A stretch of DNA of 64,000 nt, taken from positions 91,144-155,143 of the forward strand of contig CAYWTR010000003.1 of assembly GCA_964461255.1 (NCBI GenBank). Direction: 5' to 3'. Origin of the DNA: an uncultured Fibrobacteraceae bacterium. Its GTDB lineage: Bacteria; Krumholzibacteriota; Krumholzibacteriia; LZORAL124-64-63. Position 1 is the stretch's first letter, and every line of letters starts with the position of its first letter. A model generated the notes under the pieces. The model saw nothing but the letters and a program-made list of their open reading frames with translations. It was not told where the DNA came from and made no database searches. A program made the translations under genes and the position numbers. Shown here one piece after another: positions 56,661-64,000 of the stretch.

Positions 56661-57889
56661 AAAGTCGATCGCTCCCGGCTGAACGGCGTGATGGCGCGGA
56701 GCCTCTCGACGATGCGCGGCACCACGGCCGCCACGTAGTCGATCTCCGCCTCGGTGTTGTAGCGGGAGAGCGAGAAGCGGATCGAGCCGTGCGCCGAGGT
56801 GAAGGGGATCCCCATCGCCTTCAGCACGTGCGAGGGCTCGAGGCTGCCCGACGTGCAGGCCGACCCGCTGGAGGCGGCGATCCCGGCGCGGTCGAGCAGC
56901 AGCAGGATGCCCTCGCCCTCGATGAAATCGAAGCTCAGGTTGGTGGTGTTGGACAGGCGGCTCGCCCGGTCGCCGTTGACCCGGCTGTCGGGAACGGCGG
57001 CCAGCAACCTGGCCTCCAGCAGATCGCGCAGCGCCTGCACCCGCCCGTTATCCTCGCCCAGATGCCGGCCCGCCAGTTCGCAGGCGGCGCCCAGGCCGAC
57101 GATTCCGGCCACGTTCTCGGTGCCGGCGCGGCGGCCCCGCTCCTGGTGGCCTCCCACGATCAGGGGACGCAGCTTGGTCCCCTTGCGGACGTACAGCGCC
57201 CCCACGCCCTTGGCGGCGTGCAGCTTGTGGCCGGAGAGCGCCAGCAGGTCGATGGTCGAGGAGCGCATGTCCAACGGCAGCTTGCCGACCGCCTGCACCG
57301 CATCGACGTGGAACACCGCCCCCGCTTCCTTGACGATGCGCCCGATCGCCTCGCTGTCGAAGATCACGCCGGTTTCGTTGTTGGCCGCCATCACGCTGAC
57401 GATCGCCGTGTCGGGACGCAGGGCGGCGCGCAGTTCGTCCAGGTCCAGGCGGCCGGCGCCGTCGACCCCCAGGTACGTGACGGCGTAGCCCTGGCGGCTC
57501 TCGAGTTCGCGGCAGAGCCCCAGCACCGCGGGATGCTCTACCTGGGTGGTGATGACGTGCCGGCGTTCGGGATAGGCGCGCAGCGTGCCGACGATGGCGA
57601 GATTGTCGCCCTCCGAACCGCCGGAGGTGAACACGATCTCGCCCGGCGCCGCGGCGCCCAGCAGCCCCGCGACCTGCTCCCGCGCGCGCGCCACCGCCTG
57701 ACCCGCGGCGGCGCCGAACCGGTGCATGCTGGAAGGATTGCCGTAGTGCTCGGTCAGATAGGGCAGCATCGCCTCGAGCACTTCCGGGGCGATGCGCCCG
57801 GTGGCGTTGTTGTCGAGGTAGACGCCGCTCGGCGGCGCCGGCGGCATCCCCTGCAGCAGATGGAAGCCCCCCCCCGCGGCGCCGTTCAC
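56657..57889 (-). CDS. nifS: Cysteine desulfurase NifS (start 57889 GTG or 57847 ATG)
   Basis: YLDNNAT, YGNPSS, FTSGGSE, EHPAV, HVDAVQA, SGHKLHA (PLP Lys) and SSGSACTSGSLEPSHVL. Confidence 0.95.
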   Translation of the reverse strand: MNGAAGGGFHLLQGMPPAPPSGVYLDNNATGRIAPEVLEAMLPYLTEHYGNPSSMHRFGAAAGQAVARAREQVAGLLGAAAPGEIVFTSGGSEGDNLAIVGTLRAYPERRHVITTQVEHPAVLGLCRELESRQGYAVTYLGVDGAGRLDLDELRAALRPDTAIVSVMAANNETGVIFDSEAIGRIVKEAGAVFHVDAVQAVGKLPLDMRSSTIDLLALSGHKLHAAKGVGALYVRKGTKLRPLIVGGHQERGRRAGTENVAGIVGLGAACELAGRHLGEDNGRVQALRDLLEARLLAAVPDSRVNGDRASRLSNTTNLSFDFIEGEGILLLLDRAGIAASSGSACTSGSLEPSHVLKAMGIPFTSAHGSIRFSLSRYNTEAEIDYVAAVVPRIVERLRAITPFSRERSTF

Positions 57890-58776
57890 GACTTCACCTC
57901 GATGACCTCGAGGTCGCCGGCCACGTGCTCGCGCAATTGCGACTCCACCCAGCCCTTGATCGTCGCTTCCGAGGCCGGGCAGCTGGCGCAGGCGCCCGTC
58001 AGCCGCACGTAGACGTCGCGGCCGCGGATGTCCACCACCTCGATGTCGCCGCCGTCGGTGCGCAGCGCACGGGCGATGTCGTTCTCGATCAGCTCGCGGA
58101 TGCGCGTCTCGAGCGGCGGCGCCGGCGCCGGGAGCGGCGGCGCCGGGGGCGGCGGGTAGCCGGCCGGCGCGGAGGCGGGCCGGGGCTGCTCCAGGCGCAG
58201 CTTCTCCCAGCACTCGTCGAGGATGTGCTGGATCTCGGGGTGGCAATCCTGGCAGCCGCCGCCCGCCTTGGTGTAGTGCGTCACGTCCTCGAGCGTCTGC
58301 AGGCGGTTGCGCATGACCGCGTTGCGGATGGTGTCGCGCGTGACGTGGAAGCAGTGGCAGACCAGCACGCCCTGGGACAGCAGCTCGCAGGGGATCTCGC
58401 GTCCCTGCCGCTTGTAGTAGTCGATCATCGCCGCTTCGAGCGCCTCGCGGCCCATCACCGAGCAGTGCATCTTCTCGCGCGGCAGCCCGCCCAGCTCGCG
58501 GGCGATGTCCTCGTTGGTGATGCGGGCCGCCTCTTCCAGGGTCTTGCCCTTGACCATCTCGGTCAGGATCGACGACGAGGCGATGGCGCTGCCGCAGCCG
58601 AAGGTCTGGAACATGGCCTCGGCGATGCGCCCCTCGGCGTCCAGGCGGAAGCTCAGCCGCAAGGCGTCGCCGCACGCCATCGAGCCCACTTCGCCGACGC
58701 CGTCGGCCTGCTCGACCTGGCCGACGTTGCGGGGATTGAAGAAATGATCGTAGACCTTCTCCGAGTAATTCCACAT
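57886..58776 (-). CDS. nifU: Three-domain Fe-S scaffold NifU
   Basis: MWNYSEKV.DHF.NPRN, GSMACGD.L, FGCGSAIASSS and KMHCS; BFD-like CHCF...GGGC..C; C-terminal DGGDIE...L.GACASC. Confidence 0.95.
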   Translation of the reverse strand: MWNYSEKVYDHFFNPRNVGQVEQADGVGEVGSMACGDALRLSFRLDAEGRIAEAMFQTFGCGSAIASSSILTEMVKGKTLEEAARITNEDIARELGGLPREKMHCSVMGREALEAAMIDYYKRQGREIPCELLSQGVLVCHCFHVTRDTIRNAVMRNRLQTLEDVTHYTKAGGGCQDCHPEIQHILDECWEKLRLEQPRPASAPAGYPPPPAPPLPAPAPPLETRIRELIENDIARALRTDGGDIEVVDIRGRDVYVRLTGACASCPASEATIKGWVESQLREHVAGDLEVIEVKS

Positions 58777-58824
58777 GGCGGGCGGGCCTCCCGGGGCGGT
58801 GAGGATCGGCCGCGGGGCCGATAC

Positions 58825-58844
58825 GGCGGCGCCGTGGCGCCGCC
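58825..58844. repeat. Perfect 9-bp inverted repeat upstream of nifU
   Basis: GGCGGCGCC-GT-GGCGCCGCC; hairpin or operator, role unknown. Confidence 0.35.
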
Positions 58845-58875
58845 AGGGCTCAACCTAATGCAAATCCGTCCATAA

Positions 58876-61038
58876 TCAAGGCGCGGCGCTGCCGCTCTCG
58901 TCCTTGCCGCTCCCCCGCGCGACCGCCGATTCTACCAGCAGCAACGCGCAGGCCAAGAGCAGCAGCCAGGCCCCCAGTTCGCGCCCGGCCAGGGCGGCGG
59001 CGAAGGCGGCGGCAGTGGCATCGTCAAGGGCCCGGCCCTCGCCCAGCCCGGCTTCGCGCAGCAGGGACAGCATCTCGCCCGGCTGCATCAGCTCCGGATC
59101 GCCCTCCGCGGCCGGCGGCGCGGCCGCCAGCAGGCCGACCGTGTCCGGACCGGCCAGGAAGACATGGAAGCCCTTGCGCTCGGCGATGCCGGCCGTCAGC
59201 CAGGGCGTGCCGCCCGACCAGGACAGACGGGCGGGCAGCAGCGCCCCGCCGCCGGGCGGCGCCAGGCGCAACGCGCCGGCATCGGCCAGCCGGCCCGAGG
59301 CGGCGACGGCGCGGCCGGCCCGCAGCTGCAGCGGCGCGCCCACCGGCACCGCGCCGGCGCCCGTGGGCGCGGCGAGGGCGGCCACCAGCCGCTGGACGAG
59401 CGGCAGGAACATCGGGCTGAGCGGCAGGTCGCTGGCCTCCAGGGTGAGGTTGAAGGGAAACACACAGAACACGCCCGCGCCGCGCCGCGCCTCGATGAGG
59501 GCGGGCGCCCCGCCGCTGAAGACGAGCGGCGCCTGGTGCTCCCCGGCGTCCAAGGCGTGGAACCGCCGGTACCCGATGTCGGCCAGCGTGGCCAGCGGCT
59601 CGTCGCCGAAGCCCTGGAAGGCGGGATGCCCGGGGGCCAGCAGTCGGGTTCTCTCCTGGCTGGCCGGGGCGCGCGCCCGGAAATCGGCGCGTCCGGGCAG
59701 GGCGAGCGCGGGCAGCAGATCACGCGCCAGCTCCGCGCTCTGTTCGGGATCGCCCAGCCAGAAGACGGCGGCGCCCCCTCCCTCGAGCCAGCCCACGAGC
59801 GCGCCCAGCTGCTGCCGCCCCAGCGGCAGGGGGTCGACCAGCAACGCCACGTCCGCAGCCGCCAGGTCGCCGTCGGTCAGCAGCCCGGCGGGCAGGGCGC
59901 GCACCGCGAACAGACCGTCGCCGGGCGCCTGCCCTTCGCCCGTTGCGACCGCCAGCGGATCGAGAGCCGCGGCGAGCCGCCGCCAGCCGCCGCGCCCGCC
60001 GGCCTCCCCCCGCTCGGCCCCGTGCAGCAGCAGGACGGCCACCCGCTCGCGCACCGCCAGCACGAAGGGGAAGTCGTCATCGACCGGCAGCCGATCGCTC
60101 CGCTTGACCACTCGCCCGCGGTGACGGCCGGCGGCGGGAGCGGCCACGCTGAAGACCACCTCGGATACCGCCCCCTCCTGCCCCAGCGCGACCGCCTCGG
60201 CCACGCGCTGCCCCCCCAGTTCGAGGGCGAACACCTCCCCCGCGCGTTCCTGCCTGACCTCGGCCGCCAGCGCGAAGGTCTCCCCGGCGCGCAAGGCGCG
60301 CAGCGGCAGGCGCACCGCCCGCACACCGCCGTTGGGGACCTGCTCACCCACCCGGTGCAGCAGCAGCCGCGGCCGGCCCGCGGCCGCCAACTCGGCCAGC
60401 GCCGCCCGCAGCGCCCCGGCGTCGACGGCGCCCCGTTGCAGATCCGACAACAGGAAGATGTCGGCCGGTTGCCGCCGCGCCTGGCGGCACCAGCGCACCG
60501 CCTCGCGCAGCGCCGCCGGCAGATCGCAGCCGCCTTCGCCCGCCGTCGTGCCCGCCAGAACAGGGTCCAGCGCCAGCGGCGCCGCGGTCCACTCGCCCAG
60601 CAGAGACGCCGCCGAGTCGCCGGCCCGCACCACCTGCACCTCGCTGCCGGGCGGCAGCGCCGCCGCCAGCTCGGCGCAGGCCAGAACCGCGGCGTCGAAA
60701 CGGGTGCCGCCGTCGAGCTGCGTCTGCATGCTGGCGCTGGCGTCCAGGATGAACACGGCCGAGACGGCGCCGTCGGCCGCGCGCGCCAGACCGGGCAGGC
60801 GGGGACGCGCCACGCCGAGCACCACGCACAGCAAGGCCAGCACGCGCAGCAGCAGCAGCAGCCAGCGCTGCAGGCCGAGCTGTCGCGCGCGGCGGGTCTG
60901 CTCCTCCTCCAGGAAGCGCAGATCGCTGAAGGGCAGCCGTCGCGGGCGCCGCCGCCGCCACAGGTGCAGGATGATCGGCACGGCCACCGCGGCGGCGCCG
61001 GCCAGCAGGCCGGGGTTGACGAAGGTCAGCGGGGCCAC
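58876..61038 (-). CDS. BatA-domain / von Willebrand factor A membrane protein
   Basis: MAPLTFVNP..L...AVPIILHL...LPFSDLRFL...LLLLLRVLA (BatA N-terminus); ILDASASM (MIDAS); FLLSDLQ; C-terminal TM with E(S)AV. Confidence 0.88.
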   Translation of the reverse strand: MAPLTFVNPGLLAGAAAVAVPIILHLWRRRRPRRLPFSDLRFLEEEQTRRARQLGLQRWLLLLLRVLALLCVVLGVARPRLPGLARAADGAVSAVFILDASASMQTQLDGGTRFDAAVLACAELAAALPPGSEVQVVRAGDSAASLLGEWTAAPLALDPVLAGTTAGEGGCDLPAALREAVRWCRQARRQPADIFLLSDLQRGAVDAGALRAALAELAAAGRPRLLLHRVGEQVPNGGVRAVRLPLRALRAGETFALAAEVRQERAGEVFALELGGQRVAEAVALGQEGAVSEVVFSVAAPAAGRHRGRVVKRSDRLPVDDDFPFVLAVRERVAVLLLHGAERGEAGGRGGWRRLAAALDPLAVATGEGQAPGDGLFAVRALPAGLLTDGDLAAADVALLVDPLPLGRQQLGALVGWLEGGGAAVFWLGDPEQSAELARDLLPALALPGRADFRARAPASQERTRLLAPGHPAFQGFGDEPLATLADIGYRRFHALDAGEHQAPLVFSGGAPALIEARRGAGVFCVFPFNLTLEASDLPLSPMFLPLVQRLVAALAAPTGAGAVPVGAPLQLRAGRAVAASGRLADAGALRLAPPGGGALLPARLSWSGGTPWLTAGIAERKGFHVFLAGPDTVGLLAAAPPAAEGDPELMQPGEMLSLLREAGLGEGRALDDATAAAFAAALAGRELGAWLLLLACALLLVESAVARGSGKDESGSAAP

Positions 61039-61059
61039 GCCGCCACCTCCCAGCCGGTC

Positions 61060-61952
61060 TCAGGCGAGCCGGCGTCGCTTGCCCAGAACGGCGTGCAGGG
61101 CCGTTTCGAGCGGCGTGTCCGTGGTCACCTCTACCAGATCGACGCGCGCGCGCCGGCATTCGCGCCGCAGCTCGTCCCGCCACGCCTCCAGGCGCCGCCG
61201 GTAGCCGGCGCGCAGCAGCGCCGGCTCGGCGCGCAGGCGATGCCCGGGTCTCTCCAGGTCCTCGAACTCGTGCTCGCGCCGCAGCTCCAGGTCGATCTCG
61301 CGCGGGTCGAGCACGTGGTAGACGATCACCTCGTGGCCGCGGTGGCGAAAATGCTTCAGGCCGCCCATCACCGCCGCCGGTTCGTCCAACAGGTCGGACA
61401 GCAGGATGATCAGCCCGCGGCGGTGCACTCTTTCCGCCACCGCGTGCAGGACCGGACCCAGGCGCGTGCCCGCTCCGGTGGGAGCTTCCTGCAGGATCTT
61501 CAGCAGCTGGAAGAGCTGCCTCCGCACCGAGCGGGCCGGTGCCACCGCCAGCGGCCGCTCGTCGAAGGTCACCAGCCCCACCGCGTCCTTCTGGTGCAGC
61601 AGCAGGTAACCCAGCGCAGCCGCCAGCAGGCGCGCGTAGTCCAGCTTGCTCGGCCGGCCGGTTTCGGGTCGGAAGGCCATGCTGGCCGAGCAGTCCAGCA
61701 GCAGGGTCGCGCGCAGATTGGTCTCTTCGGCGAAGACCTTCAGGTAGTGGCGGTCGGTCTTGGCGTAGACGCGCCAGTCGAGATGGTTGATCGGATCGCC
61801 CGGCAGGTACTGGCGGTACTCCGCGAACTCGACCGAGAAACCGTGATAGGGGCTCTTGTGCAGGCCGGTCAGGAAACCTTCGACCACCAGGCGGGCGATC
61901 AGGTCCAGGCGGTCCAGCCGGCTGGCCAGCTCCGCGGTCAGGAGGGGGCGGG

Positions 61953-61956
<4 letters not shown>
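61060..61956 (-). CDS. DUF58 domain-containing protein
   Basis: GLHKSPYHGFSVEFAEYRQY.PGD....DWRVYAKTD, EETNL, LDCSASM and LSDLLD; the GTG overlaps the MoxR stop. Confidence 0.92.
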
Positions 61957-62933
<977 letters not shown>

Positions 62934-63108
62934 ACCGCCACCTTTCTGTCCGGCGGTCGCGCCGCGGCCGCGCCGGACGAGTCCCAATGTACGCCCGGCG
63001 CCCGCGGGCGACAACCGCCGCGCCGGCTTTGGAGTTGCGGCCGCGGAACGCCGGCTGCATAGTTACCGCCCGGCGGACACCGCGTTCCGCCCTGGCCAGG
63101 GGGCTTTG

Positions 63109-64000
63109 ATGTTCAAGAAGTTCTACCGCAACGTCGAGCAGCTGCTCCGGCAGATCGACATCGCCGCCGGCACGGAGGAGATGCTGCGCGCCACCGTCCG
63201 CGGCATCGTCGAGAGCTGCGCCGAACCTTACGGCATCGAGAGCGGGCGCCTGTACCGCGAGCGGGCTGCCGATTTCATCCTGATCGAGAGCATGGGCGAG
63301 TACGGCGCGGCCATAACCGGCAAGACCGTGCCCAAGAGCTACCCGATGATCGCCGCGCTGGAGCGCGAGCGTCTTGTGCTGATCACGCCCGACACGCCGG
63401 GATTCGATCCCGCCATCGAGCAGCAGTTCACCCATCTGGACTACGCTGCGGTGCTGATCGAGGCGACGCCCGCCTACATCCTCAGCTTCGGCGTGCGCAA
63501 GACCGAGGACGCGGACACCCTGCGCCTGATCCTCGAGACCATCCGCACGGCCATCAACCTGAAGCTTCGCCAGCGCCTGCTCGAGACGCAGCTGCGCCAG
63601 GCGCAGACCATCCAGCTGAGCCTGCTGCCGCGCCGGCTGCCCCAGCTCGAAGGCTTCGAGCTGGCCGCGGCCACCTTCCCCGCCGAGGAGGTCGGCGGCG
63701 ACATCTACGACGCCCAGGACGTCGAGCCGGGGGTGATCGGCGTGGCCATCGCCGACGCCAGCGGCCACGGCCTGCCCGCCGCCCTGCAGGCGCGCGACGT
63801 CATCACCGGGCTGCGCATGGGGGTGGCCCGCGACCTGAAGTTGTCGGCGACCATCCGGCGACTGAACCAGGTGATCAACAAGAGCGGGCTGTCCAGCCGC
63901 TTCGTGTCGCTCTTCTACGGGGAGATCGAGGAGACCGGCAACATCATCTACGTCAATTGCGGCCATTGCCCGCCGCTGCTGTTCAACCAGCAGGGAGCGG
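63109..64000 (+). CDS. PP2C-family (SpoIIE/RsbU-like) protein phosphatase with N-terminal GAF-like domain; runs off the window edge
   Basis: Manual translation: MFKKFYRNVEQLL...AQTIQLSLLP...EVGGDIYD...IADASGHGLPAAL...FVSLFYG...YVNCGHCPPLL. Confidence 0.88.
   Translation, partial: MFKKFYRNVEQLLRQIDIAAGTEEMLRATVRGIVESCAEPYGIESGRLYRERAADFILIESMGEYGAAITGKTVPKSYPMIAALERERLVLITPDTPGFDPAIEQQFTHLDYAAVLIEATPAYILSFGVRKTEDADTLRLILETIRTAINLKLRQRLLETQLRQAQTIQLSLLPRRLPQLEGFELAAATFPAEEVGGDIYDAQDVEPGVIGVAIADASGHGLPAALQARDVITGLRMGVARDLKLSATIRRLNQVINKSGLSSRFVSLFYGEIEETGNIIYVNCGHCPPLLFNQQGA

Noticed and set aside
56657-58776. Nitrogen fixation cluster
   Set aside because: Only nifU and nifS are present, with no nifHDK/ENB in the window.

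Overview
A very GC-rich, almost fully coding 64 kb segment of bacterial chromosome, with nearly all genes on the minus strand. Gene content suggests an FCB-group candidate lineage such as Krumholzibacteriota/Latescibacterota (inference from the FlgD-Ig-tailed secreted protein, the DUF4159/DUF4175 cluster and the lipoprotein types). Housekeeping genes: porCD, aroB, priA, tsaD, nnr, secDF, rsmA, tatD, ricT/PSP1, holB, envC-ftsX-ftsE, two PPIases, mfd and nifUS. No rRNA, tRNA, CRISPR array, transposase or integrase was seen. The most notable observations are four. (1) A 188-bp element with 24-bp inverted repeats and a 10-bp flanking duplication sits in frame inside the signal-peptide region of a lipoprotein gene, and it is stop-free in both orientations, so it may be a MITE/RPE-like insertion or an intragenic inverton. 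(2) A five-gene c-di-GMP locus has two paralogous histidine kinase-GAF-HD-GYP fusions (one HD, one YD), a REC-GGDEF cyclase and two stand-alone receivers. (3) An envelope operon of unknown function joins a giant NtrY-like kinase to DUF4159, DUF4175, TPR and an exported GATase-like protein, with the usual MoxR-DUF58-BatA partners about 27 kb away. (4) An uncharacterised outer-membrane beta-barrel is followed by two paralogous lipoproteins. All family calls come from motif recognition by eye; no database searches were run.
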